Shown here: positions 17,772 to 27,046 of the stretch, one piece after another
Layout of the letters: every line of letters starts with the position of its first letter
How positions within the stretch are numbered: position 1 is the first letter of the stretch
From: Staphylothermus hellenicus DSM 12710
GTDB lineage: Archaea > Thermoproteota > Thermoprotei_A > Sulfolobales > Desulfurococcaceae
DNA: 32,000 nucleotides
Direction: 5' to 3'
Assembly (NCBI RefSeq): GCF_000092465.1
Contig: NC_014205.1
Location: 1,440,001-1,472,000, forward strand
The notes under the pieces: generated by a model
Told to the model about the DNA's origin: nothing
Database searches by the model: none
The model's input: only the letters and a program-made list of their open reading frames with translations
Translations under genes and position numbers: made by a program

Positions 17772-18839
17772 TTATATAATGCCTGTTTCTCGGACAAGTC
17801 TCCAAGCAGCTTCTTCAGTTAATCCTTTTTCTCCAAGTATTGTGTAGCGATTAGGACGTATCTTATGGGCGATTGTTAAGGCTTTCACGATTGTTTCGAT
17901 TGGAATACCTATTTCTTCTGCTGTAGTTGGCAATCCTATTTTCTTCATTATTCTCTTAATCTTCTTCCATTTTGGGTCACCGTATAGGTAGAGCATCATA
18001 ATTGTTCCCAGTGCTACTTGTTCTCCATGCAATGCTTTACCTGGTGCTAACAGGTCTAGTGCGTGGCTGAACAAGTGCTCTGACCCGCTTGCTGGACGGC
18101 TTGAACCAGCTATGCACATTGCCACTCCACTACTAATGAGTGCTTCAACAACTATTCTTATACCGTCGGGGTTTCCACTAGCTATTAATTCATGGTATCT
18201 AATAACGTGTTTAGCTGATAATAATGCTAGTTGGGCAGCGTATTCACCATAATATTCTCCTTTAAGCCTATGTGCTAATTGCCAATCTTTAACCGCTGTC
18301 AGCTTTCCTAATAAGTCTCCAACCCCTGCCCTTATTAGTTGTGGAGGCGCCTTCGAGATCACATCTATATCGGCTATTATAGCGTATGGCGTGGTTGTCG
18401 GTGTACTTGTTGGTTTATCTGTTCCTTTCAAGCTTGCGAATGGAGATGCTATTCCATCATGGCTTGCAGCTGTTGGAACGCTTATCATGTATCCATTGTT
18501 TTTGTATGCAGCGTATTTTGCTAAATCAATCGATTTACCTCCACCCACTCCTAGAAAGATCTTTATACTATGTGTTTTTGTTTCCTCGACTATTTGATTA
18601 GCTGTTTCCATCCTAGCATCTCTGGCTTTCCAAACTTCTACATTGTATCCATTATTCTTCAACGATTCCTCCACTATTCTACCAGCCACATTATATGTTG
18701 TAGGACCAGTTATTATTCCCGCTCTATATTGGTTTGTAAACTTCATTTTAGATAGGTAATCCGGTATTTTATCGAGAATACCAGATCCAATAATTACTTT
18801 TAGGGGCAGTGTTATTTCATGTATGCTTCTATCCAACAA
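17772..18839 (-). CDS. egsA: sn-glycerol-1-phosphate dehydrogenase
   Basis: 355 aa. GVGGGKSIDLAKYAA, TAASHDGIASP and GSEHLFSHALD match the archaeal G1PDH/iron-ADH fold. TTG start. Confidence 0.9.
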   Translation of the reverse strand: MLDRSIHEITLPLKVIIGSGILDKIPDYLSKMKFTNQYRAGIITGPTTYNVAGRIVEESLKNNGYNVEVWKARDARMETANQIVEETKTHSIKIFLGVGGGKSIDLAKYAAYKNNGYMISVPTAASHDGIASPFASLKGTDKPTSTPTTTPYAIIADIDVISKAPPQLIRAGVGDLLGKLTAVKDWQLAHRLKGEYYGEYAAQLALLSAKHVIRYHELIASGNPDGIRIVVEALISSGVAMCIAGSSRPASGSEHLFSHALDLLAPGKALHGEQVALGTIMMLYLYGDPKWKKIKRIMKKIGLPTTAEEIGIPIETIVKALTIAHKIRPNRYTILGEKGLTEEAAWRLVRETGII

Positions 18840-18948
18840 GTATACACCTTCTACTAGAAACTATTATCAAATAGTGTCTAGAAATATGTTAATACTTATA
18901 ATGGGTAATAAGTTATCATTCATAAATAGCTTATAAGTTTGTGGGGTA

Positions 18949-19581
18949 ATGGTTTTGTCCAATAAGAAAATAGTATCTAAAACAACAACTGTCGGCATAG
19001 TTGTTGGTGACTATGTTGTTTTAGCAGCTGATAAGAGAGCTACTGCGGGCTCGCTGGTTGCTCATAAGAGGGTGAAGAAAATTATTAGAATAGATGACTA
19101 TATTGCAATGACTATTTCGGGTCTTGTAGCTGATGCTGAAATAATTGCTGAGCAAGCTAGGTTTATTGCGAGGAAATATAAGTTAGAACTAGGTAGGCCG
19201 ATTAAAGTTTCAGGTCTAGCGTCTAATTTATCAATTATACTAAATACTTACCTGAGAGCGTCACCATATATAGTCCAGTTATTATTGGGTGGATACGATA
19301 ATAACGGGCCTCACTTGTTCTACATGGATCTCTACGGTAGCTTGAGCGAAGAAAAATATATGGCTACAGGTAGCGGTTCTCCAACAGCATTCGGCGTTCT
19401 CGAGGAAGGATATAGGAGTGATCTAAGCTTGGAGGAAGCCAAAGAATTAGCGTTCAAAGCAGTATCAGCTGCTACTAGAAGAGACGGGTTCAGCGGTGAA
19501 GGTGTTGATATAGTCGTTATTGGTCCAGACACATATGTTGAGGAAACAAAACTATTTAAACGATCAATTATAGCAAAATAG
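18949..19581 (+). CDS. psmB: proteasome subunit beta (canonical TTTVG N-terminus)
   Basis: Short propeptide followed by TTTVGIVVGDYVVLAADKRAT and later GSGS. Ntn-hydrolase beta-subunit pattern. Confidence 0.9.
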   Translation: MVLSNKKIVSKTTTVGIVVGDYVVLAADKRATAGSLVAHKRVKKIIRIDDYIAMTISGLVADAEIIAEQARFIARKYKLELGRPIKVSGLASNLSIILNTYLRASPYIVQLLLGGYDNNGPHLFYMDLYGSLSEEKYMATGSGSPTAFGVLEEGYRSDLSLEEAKELAFKAVSAATRRDGFSGEGVDIVVIGPDTYVEETKLFKRSIIAK

Positions 19582-19827
19582 GAACCAATGCGTCTATTAA
19601 AATTTTATTTTATTCATTACTAACAGCTAAGCCTGGGTTCTTCACATATTATAGCCTAATCTAATATGGAGAGTAATCTATATAAGGACAATAATACTTA
19701 TGTATCGATTGAGATATATTTGCAATTAATAAGTAGCTTTGATTCTTGGTTTATGGGTTATCTTTGCCCACATATTAGACTGTATTCAGAGCTGATCTTA
19801 TCGAAACATTACAGTGTGGTGTTCTAG

Positions 19828-21786
19828 TTGTTGAAAAAGATCATGCTTGATCGTGGCAGGACAGAATTATTAAAGAGAATATTGCAGGAAATACCTCCAG
19901 ATCTAGTCTTGACAAACATAGAGTTTGAAGGACCAGAGATAGTATTATATGTTAGGAATAGGAAGGCTATAGCTAAGTATCTAGACTTAGTCAAGAATAT
20001 AGCTAAGAAAGTGAGGAAAAGAGTTGTTCTAAGAGCTGATCCTGATGCTAGGCTGCCTCCTGAAGAAGCTAAGGAGAAAATCTTGGAAATTGTGCCAAAA
20101 GATGCTGGTGTTGACCCTAATGGAATAGTGTTTGATCATACTAGGGGAGAGGTATGGATTAAGGCTGAAAAACCTGGTTTAATAGTTGGTAGAGGATCAT
20201 ATATTAGACACTACATATTAGCGGAGACTGGGTGGAGACCTGAGCCTCAAAGAGCTTCTCCGCTTGAGTCAAAAGTGTTGAAAGTAATAATGTCTAATTT
20301 ATTAAAGGAGAGCGATTATAGGTTGCGGTTTCTCCGAAAACTTGGTGAGAGAATACATAGGGATGTTGTTTTTAAGAACAACTATGTACGTATAACAGCT
20401 CTCGGAGGATTCATGGAGGTTGGTCGATCAGCTATACTTGTGGAGACCCGTGAAAGCAGAGTATTGCTTGATCTAGGAATTAATGTGGGTGCTGGAACAG
20501 ATTATAATAGAGCTTATCCATTTATTGATATTGACCAGTTGAATTTATCCGAGCTTGACGCTGTTATTGTTACTCATGCACATCTAGACCATATAGGATT
20601 AGTTCCTCTACTCTACAAGTACGGGTATCGTGGACCACTATATGTTACTAAGCCTACTAGGGAATTAATGGTGATAATGATCAAGGATTTAATAGAGGTT
20701 ACACAGCGTGAGGGCAAGTATTTACCTTATAGTGAGAAGGACTTAATGACCGCTATACTTCACACAATACCTCTTGAATACGGTGATGTAACAGATGTTG
20801 CTCCAGACATCAAGGTTACCATGTATAATGCTGGACATATTCTGGGTTCTGCCATAGTTCATCTACACATAGGCATGGGTCTCCATAACATAGTATATAC
20901 TGGAGACTTCAAATATGCTCCTACAAGGCTTCTTAACAGAGCAGAGGATAAGTTTCCGAGAGTTGAGACCTTAATTATGGAATCAACTTATGGTGCTACA
21001 CGTCAACAGAGTAGGAGGGAAGCGGAGGCTGAGCTTATAAAAATTGTTAAGAAAACTATTGAGAGGAAAGGAATAGTTTTGATCCCTGTATTTGCTGTTG
21101 GCCGTGGACAAGAAATAATGCTTGTATTAAATGATGCTATTAACAATGGTTTGATACCTAAAGTTGATGTATTCATTGAGGGATTGGTTAATGAGGTAAC
21201 AGCTATTCATACACAGTACCCGGAGTATTTGAATAGAAACATTAAGGAAATGATTTATAGAGGAGAAAACCCCTTTACAGCAGATTATTTCCACATAATA
21301 GAGGGGGGAACTGCTAGGCCGGATATTGTTGAAACAAGGCCTTCAATAATAATAGCTACTAGCGGCATGTTAACTGGAGGGCCTGCAGTAGAGTATTTAA
21401 AACTTATAGCGAGCGATCCAAGGAATAGCCTTGTATTTGTAGGTTACCAAGCCGAGGGGACTCTTGGTAGGAGAATCAAGGATGGTATGAGGGAGCTTCA
21501 AACAGTTGTTGATAATAAAGTTGAAATTATAAGGATTAATCTCGAAGTATATAGTATAGATGGTTTCAGCGGTCACAGCGATCAAAGCGAGTTGTTGAGA
21601 TATGTAAGAAATATTTCTCCGAAGCCTAGAAATATTATATTAAACCATGGAGAACCCTCAGCTATTATGACTCTTGCCCGACTAGTATCGAAGATCATAA
21701 GAAATCCAAACAGTGGCTATGGAGCCAATACAATGGTTTATACACCGCACATACTGGATTCTATACATTTAACTGCTCGTAGATAA
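19828..21786 (+). CDS. aCPSF1/FttA: KH-domain beta-CASP metallo-beta-lactamase ribonuclease
   Basis: 652 aa. N-terminal KH-like region, MBL motif VTHAHLDHIG, beta-CASP region and C-terminal HGE. Alternative start ATG at 19843. Confidence 0.9.
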   Translation: MLKKIMLDRGRTELLKRILQEIPPDLVLTNIEFEGPEIVLYVRNRKAIAKYLDLVKNIAKKVRKRVVLRADPDARLPPEEAKEKILEIVPKDAGVDPNGIVFDHTRGEVWIKAEKPGLIVGRGSYIRHYILAETGWRPEPQRASPLESKVLKVIMSNLLKESDYRLRFLRKLGERIHRDVVFKNNYVRITALGGFMEVGRSAILVETRESRVLLDLGINVGAGTDYNRAYPFIDIDQLNLSELDAVIVTHAHLDHIGLVPLLYKYGYRGPLYVTKPTRELMVIMIKDLIEVTQREGKYLPYSEKDLMTAILHTIPLEYGDVTDVAPDIKVTMYNAGHILGSAIVHLHIGMGLHNIVYTGDFKYAPTRLLNRAEDKFPRVETLIMESTYGATRQQSRREAEAELIKIVKKTIERKGIVLIPVFAVGRGQEIMLVLNDAINNGLIPKVDVFIEGLVNEVTAIHTQYPEYLNRNIKEMIYRGENPFTADYFHIIEGGTARPDIVETRPSIIIATSGMLTGGPAVEYLKLIASDPRNSLVFVGYQAEGTLGRRIKDGMRELQTVVDNKVEIIRINLEVYSIDGFSGHSDQSELLRYVRNISPKPRNIILNHGEPSAIMTLARLVSKIIRNPNSGYGANTMVYTPHILDSIHLTARR

Positions 21787-21836
21787 TGTGTTATACTCAG
21801 TCCTGTATTTCTAGGAAATTGAGGGGATGACGTGTT

Positions 21837-22364
21837 TTGCGTAGAGTACTCTACCCTGGAAGGTTTCAGCCGTTCCATAAAGGTCATTTACGAGTTGTTG
21901 AGAAGCTGCTTAGAGAGTTTGATGAGGTAGTTATAGTTATTGGTTCTGCTCAGGAGGGATTTACATGTAATAATCCATTTACTGCTAGTGAAAGAATAGA
22001 AATGATAGATTATGTTCTTAGAAGCAATGGTATGAGTAGGGACAAGTACTGGTTAATCCCTATCCCTGATATACGTATGCCTCTTGCTTGGACAACATAT
22101 GTTTTATCCATGGTGCCCCGCGTAGATGCTGTGGCATCCGGTAATCCACATGTTGTTAGAATATATGATTGGATCGGTTTTAAGACTATCAAGTTAAACC
22201 TGTTTAATCCAAGCGAGTATAATGGAACAGTTATTCGGCGCAGAATATGTAATGGTTTAGAGTGGAAACATCTTGTTCCAGAACAGGTTGCTCAATACAT
22301 TGAGTCAATAAATGGTGTTGAAAGAATTAGGGAGGTATGTGGCTGTGGAGATCATAGAGATTGA
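21837..22364 (+). CDS. nicotinamide-nucleotide adenylyltransferase (archaeal NMNAT)
   Basis: 175 aa, TTG start. GRFQPFHKGHLRVVEKLL (the (H/T)xGH nucleotidyltransferase motif) and the length fit archaeal NadM-type NMNAT. Confidence 0.85.
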   Translation: MRRVLYPGRFQPFHKGHLRVVEKLLREFDEVVIVIGSAQEGFTCNNPFTASERIEMIDYVLRSNGMSRDKYWLIPIPDIRMPLAWTTYVLSMVPRVDAVASGNPHVVRIYDWIGFKTIKLNLFNPSEYNGTVIRRRICNGLEWKHLVPEQVAQYIESINGVERIREVCGCGDHRD

Positions 22365-23418
22365 TGGTAGTATGGGTGAGGGTGGCGGACAAATTTTAAG
22401 GTATAGTCTTGGATTCTCAGCTGTAACACTCAAACCTGTTAGAATATATAATATACGTGCTAAACGTAGTAATCCAGGGCTTAGACCACAGCATTTAACA
22501 GCTGTTAAAGCATTACAAATGATTACTGACGCTGTTGTTAGGGGTGCGAAAGTTGGCAGTATGGATATATATTTCGAGCCTAAGAAGCGGAAGCCTGGAA
22601 ACTATAGGTTCAACATAGGAACTGCTGGGAGCACTACGCTTGTTATTCAAGCAATTCTACCAGCCCTCCTATTCAGCAAAGGATATAGTAGTGTAGAAAT
22701 AATTGGTGGCACAGATGTTTCTTGGAGCCCGCCAATAGACTATATGAGATATGTATTCATACATAATTTGAGATTCTTCGGCGTAGATGTTGGAATAGAA
22801 CTGTATAGGAGGGGGCATTATCCTCGAGGCGGCGGCCGTGTTGTTCTCAGAGTTAAACCATTAATTGGGAAATTGAATCCTATAAATATTGTTGAAAGAG
22901 GAAGACTAATCAGTGTTCACGGTATAAGTCATGCTGTTAAATTACCTCGACACGTAGCTGAGAGACAAGCGCGTAGTGCAGCAGCCTTGATCCGTGAAAA
23001 ACTAGGTGTTGAACCCAATATATCTATTGAGTCATACCCACCAGGTAAAGACCCGCATTTAGGGCCTGGAAGCGGTATTGTCCTATGTGCTGATGTAGAG
23101 GCTGGTACTCGTTTGGGAAGTGATGCTCTTGGTGCAAGGGGTAAGAGAGCCGAGATCGTGGGTAGAGAAGCTGCTGAGAAGCTTATAAATGAGCTATGTA
23201 GTGGTATGGCTTTTGATAGTCATATGGGGGATATGCTTATACCATATATGTTTCTAGCCGGGGGCGAAAGTATTGCCGGGGTTTCTAAGCTTACAAATCA
23301 TACTTTAACAGCTATTGAAGTCTCAAAGATTTTCCTGCCGAATGCTAAGGTAAGTATTGTTGGGAATAAGGGTGGGAAGGGAATAATTAGGATTTATGGT
23401 GTAGGGCTTTCTCCATAA
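22339..23418 (+). CDS. rtcA: RNA 3'-terminal phosphate cyclase
   Basis: IEIDGSMGEGGGQILRYSLGFS and RSNPGLRPQHLTAV match RtcA. Start is uncertain: GTG 22339 or 22345, or ATG 22312. All overlap the NMNAT 3' end. Confidence 0.88.
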   Translation: MAVEIIEIDGSMGEGGGQILRYSLGFSAVTLKPVRIYNIRAKRSNPGLRPQHLTAVKALQMITDAVVRGAKVGSMDIYFEPKKRKPGNYRFNIGTAGSTTLVIQAILPALLFSKGYSSVEIIGGTDVSWSPPIDYMRYVFIHNLRFFGVDVGIELYRRGHYPRGGGRVVLRVKPLIGKLNPINIVERGRLISVHGISHAVKLPRHVAERQARSAAALIREKLGVEPNISIESYPPGKDPHLGPGSGIVLCADVEAGTRLGSDALGARGKRAEIVGREAAEKLINELCSGMAFDSHMGDMLIPYMFLAGGESIAGVSKLTNHTLTAIEVSKIFLPNAKVSIVGNKGGKGIIRIYGVGLSP

Positions 23419-24451
23419 GCTTGTTTATAAGGATCATTTTTAATTTATCGAGATTATATTCCTTCTCTGCCGATATGAGCAATGGTTGTTTCCCGGTTAC
23501 TTCTTTGATTCTTATGCTTTGTTTTTCAAGATAATCTTTAGGGGTTATATCGATCTTATTAATAGCGATAATTATATCCTTATCTCCTAGAAGCTCCCTA
23601 ATATCTCTGTAAACATTGAGTTGTTGTTCAAACGTATAATAGCTATGCGGATCTATGTCGAACAAGTATATAGTGATATCAGCTAAGTGTTTTAAGGCGA
23701 GCACAGCTTTGTATTCTATAGGGTTCTTTTTATTTAATGGTCTATCAAGTAATCCAGGTGTATCAATAAGTGTTATTTTACCATATGGCTCCACAGTGAT
23801 GTGGCCAGCTATTATTGTTTTAGTTGTGAAAGGAAATGGGGAGATCTCTGGTTTTGCATGTGTAAGTTTTTTGAGCAGAGTTGATTTTCCTACTTGGGGC
23901 ATTCCAGCAATTATTACTACTAGGTCACCAGTTATATCCGGTAATTTGGAGAGCTCAATTATCGAGTCTTTGATCGCGGCTATTAAATCATTGTTTCTCC
24001 TATAAATAGATAATAACCTGCCAATACCGGCTTTGAAAGCTCCGACAATTTCTTTCCCGGTCAAACCGGTCTTGATCTGTTGTTTTGCATCATTATATAT
24101 TCTTGTAGCAGTGTGTTTAAGCATGGTGAATCTCTTGATAAGATCTCTTGGTGTCTTCCTAGTTTTAGTCGTGAATAATTCGTTGTAGAAGGGGTGCATT
24201 AATGATATTGTTTTGAGGGCTTCAATAATTTTTATCAGTTCTGAATCAATAATATTATATACAATCCCAAGTTTCACTAGTAATGCGTTTCTTAACTGTA
24301 GAAACTTATCTTTCCCTCTTATTTTTGGTGGGGGCGGTATAGATGCCGTTCTCATCCTATTATTTACTAAGTTGTAGAGCTCATCATATGTTTTAATATA
24401 GTATTTCTTTAATTTCTCGGGCTTCATTTCCTTACTCACAATATTTTCCAT
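23387..24451 (-). CDS. NOG1-family GTP-binding protein
   Basis: 354 aa. Helical N-terminal domain followed by G1 GMPQVGKST, G2 FTT, G3 DTPG and G4 NKID. The 3' end overlaps the convergent rtcA by 32 nt. Confidence 0.8.
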   Translation of the reverse strand: MENIVSKEMKPEKLKKYYIKTYDELYNLVNNRMRTASIPPPPKIRGKDKFLQLRNALLVKLGIVYNIIDSELIKIIEALKTISLMHPFYNELFTTKTRKTPRDLIKRFTMLKHTATRIYNDAKQQIKTGLTGKEIVGAFKAGIGRLLSIYRRNNDLIAAIKDSIIELSKLPDITGDLVVIIAGMPQVGKSTLLKKLTHAKPEISPFPFTTKTIIAGHITVEPYGKITLIDTPGLLDRPLNKKNPIEYKAVLALKHLADITIYLFDIDPHSYYTFEQQLNVYRDIRELLGDKDIIIAINKIDITPKDYLEKQSIRIKEVTGKQPLLISAEKEYNLDKLKMILINKLMEKALHHKS

Positions 24452-24581
24452 ATTCTATGCTCTCTAATTACTATGTGGCTAATTAATTATTGTCTTATTA
24501 GATTGGCGGTGAAAAATGATGGGTGTTTAAATATGGTTTTGCCGGTGATGGAGGCTGTTAAGGCGTGATTGACTAGGATAA

Positions 24582-25190
24582 TTATTTATTGTATAATGCT
24601 GGTTTCAACGATACTATTTTCTTCGCTGTTTTCAATAGTCTCTTATAACTTGTTTCGCTTATGTTGAATATTTCTATTATCTCGTTTTGTGGCGGGAATT
24701 TTGTTTTTTGAATATAATAGTAAACCATATATGCTAACGCATATTTTCCTCTACCACTCCTTGCCAGTGTTGCTGGATGGGTTTTTTCTATATATTCTAT
24801 TCCCTTCTCCACCTTATCCCATAGGTTTTTCTCCGTTATGTTCTTTTCAGCTTTAATTGTCGCTATCGATTTTATTGTTTTGATCATTTTTCCTGTTTCA
24901 AGTATTTTTGAATAATCTATTTCTAGCCAAGGCTTGTTTTTGACAATGTTTCGAGCAGTATTGTAAAGACGTATGTGATACTTATATCTTTTAAGGATAC
25001 GGTTTTTCTTCGGATAAGTTTTTAGTTTCGTTTCACGCCATTCAACAACATCTTCTCTCTCCCTACCTGCACTGTAATCATATATTTTATCAACTACTAA
25101 TCCACACTTACTACAAACTACTTCGCCTCTCTCATAATCCCATATTAGTAATCCTCCGCATACTGGGCATCTCTGCGTCAATATAGACAC
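24582..25190 (-). CDS. truncated TFIIB/TFB-like protein (Zn-ribbon plus a single cyclin/HTH-like C-terminal region)
   Basis: N-terminal CPVCGG..x..CSKCGLVVD is the TFB Zn-ribbon. At 202 aa it is too short for full TFB. The C-terminal NEIIEIFNISETSYKRLLKTAKKI is HTH-like. Confidence 0.6.
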   Translation of the reverse strand: MSILTQRCPVCGGLLIWDYERGEVVCSKCGLVVDKIYDYSAGREREDVVEWRETKLKTYPKKNRILKRYKYHIRLYNTARNIVKNKPWLEIDYSKILETGKMIKTIKSIATIKAEKNITEKNLWDKVEKGIEYIEKTHPATLARSGRGKYALAYMVYYYIQKTKFPPQNEIIEIFNISETSYKRLLKTAKKIVSLKPALYNK

Positions 25191-25416
25191 CTCTACTAGT
25201 TTATTTTGTGGTGAAAAAAGGCTATTGCTGAGTCTCTGTATGTTAGTAGTCGCGGAGGGTAGGCTGAAACTATTCTGTTAAATGAGGAATAAGGATGGAA
25301 AGAGATATAATAAGAGCCGGTGTTTTAGATATTATTTAAGAATGTTTTTAATACTCTATGATTATTCATAGTATTTGATAATAGTTTCCACAACAGTCTT
25401 TAATGGTGTGTTTGTT

Positions 25417-26022
25417 ATGAGTAGTTTGCCTGGCACGGTATTGGGTATTAAGGCTAATAATGGAATAGTTATTGCTGGCGAGAAAAGATTAACCTATGAT
25501 GGATACGTGTTAAGCAAGAATACTAGAAAAGTCCACCCAATCACTAAACATGTCGGTATAGGTTTTGCTGGACTGGTTGGTGATGCACAATTCATTATAC
25601 GTGCTCTAAGGTTGGAAGCTGAAAACTACAAATTACAATTGGAGCGTGAAATACGTGTTAGGGGGCTTGCTAAAATATTATCACTACTACTTTACTCATA
25701 CAAGCTCGCCCCTCTCATGACCGAGATTGTTGTGGGGGGATACGATGATAAAGGCCCACAAATATATGTATTGGATCCTGTTGGCAGCTTAATAGAGGAT
25801 AAATATGTTGCTTTAGGCTCCGGGGGACCTATAGCACTCGGTATTATTGAGAAAGAATATAGGGAAGATATAGATATTGATGAAGCAGAAAAGCTCGCAG
25901 TATCAGCTATACGTGAAGCTATCGAACGAGATGCTGTATCCGGTGATGGAGTAGACGTATTGAGGATCACGGAAGAAGGATATTCTTTGAGAGAATACAT
26001 GTTTAGAAGGGAGACTAGTTAG
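25417..26022 (+). CDS. psmB: proteasome subunit beta, second paralog (non-canonical GTVLG N-terminus)
   Basis: MSSLPGTVLGIKANNGIVIAGEKRLT ... GSGG fits the beta-subunit fold. ATG 25417 is preferred over TTG 25375. Confidence 0.85.
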   Translation: MSSLPGTVLGIKANNGIVIAGEKRLTYDGYVLSKNTRKVHPITKHVGIGFAGLVGDAQFIIRALRLEAENYKLQLEREIRVRGLAKILSLLLYSYKLAPLMTEIVVGGYDDKGPQIYVLDPVGSLIEDKYVALGSGGPIALGIIEKEYREDIDIDEAEKLAVSAIREAIERDAVSGDGVDVLRITEEGYSLREYMFRRETS

Positions 26023-26678
26023 TGAGTATTGTTTTCGATTATAGAAGAGCTGTTAGGATCCAGAGAGCTCTTGCAGAGAAAGCTTTCGAATCTATAAAGA
26101 ATATTGGGAGAATCGATCTTGGCAAGATAAATTATGTTGTAGGCGTTGATGCTGCTTATCATAAGGGTTTAATGTATGGTGTCGCTGTTCTCCTAGATTT
26201 TCAGAGTGGAAACGTGTTAGAGCATAGTGTTGTTGTTAAGAAGCCTCCAATACCATATGTTCCAGGGCTTCTTGCTTTCCGTGAAGCACCAGCGTATATT
26301 CCAGCTATTCTAAAGCTTAGACGTGAACCAGATATTATATTTGTTGATGGACATGGATTATCTCATCCTAGAGGACTAGGTATAGCTACACATATAGGGT
26401 TGGTTCTAGATAAGCCAACAATAGGTGTGGCTAAGAAGAAACTATATGGTGAAATAAGAGAGGTTAACGGCGAAAAATACCTTGAAGCACATGGAATGAT
26501 TGTTGCTAGAATAATCAAACATAAAGGACAAGAACTCTACATAAGTATAGGATACAAGATAAGCCTTGAAGACGCATTTCTACTAACCACAAAATTATTG
26601 GCTCCAAAGTATAAATTGCCGCTGCCCACAGCCATAGCCGATCAATTATCTAAGAGAATAGCTCATAGAAAGAAATAG
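26022..26678 (+). CDS. nfi: endonuclease V
   Basis: VGVDAAY, GLLAFREAP and VDGHGLSHPRGLGIATHIGLVLDKPTIGVAKK are Nfi motifs. The GTG start overlaps the psmB stop (TAGTG). Confidence 0.9.
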   Translation: MSIVFDYRRAVRIQRALAEKAFESIKNIGRIDLGKINYVVGVDAAYHKGLMYGVAVLLDFQSGNVLEHSVVVKKPPIPYVPGLLAFREAPAYIPAILKLRREPDIIFVDGHGLSHPRGLGIATHIGLVLDKPTIGVAKKKLYGEIREVNGEKYLEAHGMIVARIIKHKGQELYISIGYKISLEDAFLLTTKLLAPKYKLPLPTAIADQLSKRIAHRKK

Positions 26679-26747
26679 TTTATAAAACAAATAATAAATT
26701 ATGAAAAGAATGAATTACTGCCTAGGCATCTCCAATTACATATTTAT

Positions 26748-26844
26748 GGGCCCGTAGCCTAGCCTGGATAGGGCGCCGGCCTGCGGAGAATAGCGGGGGT
26801 TCGTGGCTAGCCGGAGGTCCCGGGTTCAAATCCCGGCGGGCCCG
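26748..26844 (+). tRNA. tRNA-Arg(GCG) with 22-nt intron at 37/38, no encoded CCA
   Basis: GGGCCCG/TA/GCCT-AGCCTGGATA-GGGC/G/CCGGC-CTGCGG[intron]A-GCCGG/AGGTC/CCGGG-TTCAAAT-CCCGG/CGGGCCC-G. Confidence 0.9.
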
Positions 26845-26877
26845 CTTCTAACAATTAATTTATTAGAATAGAAGAGA

Positions 26878-26927
26878 TCAGAGCTCCGCCGTCATCCTCA
26901 TTCTTCGGCTCCAAAGATCTTCATCAT
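26878..26927 (-). ncRNA. candidate C/D-box sRNA (weak)
   Basis: Minus strand reads ATGATGA-agatctttggag-CCGA-aga-ATGAGGA-tgacggcggagct-CTGA. The C and D boxes are canonical and the C to D' spacing is 12 nt. D' and C' are degenerate and there is no terminal stem. Confidence 0.3.
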
Positions 26928-27046
26928 TATTTTTCATAATGATTATTATGAAGAACATACATTATTATTTTTGGTGATGAAAACCTCCGACCCCGAACAG
27001 CTACTAGTGGCTGAGCAGCTGGTATGTGGAGGCCCTGCGAAGCTGA

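Noticed and set aside
25201-25265. C/D-box-like pattern GTGGTGA-N13-CTGA-...-CTGA in the TFB-like/psmB intergenic region
   Set aside because: The C box is degenerate, there is no convincing C' box, and the second guide length is wrong. It also overlaps the probable divergent promoter region.
26974-27046. Plus-strand C/D-box sRNA (GTGATGA ... CTGA ... CTGA)
   Set aside because: The C-to-D' distance is ~30 nt rather than ~12 nt, and no C' box is present. It is kept only as part of the structured-spacer finding.
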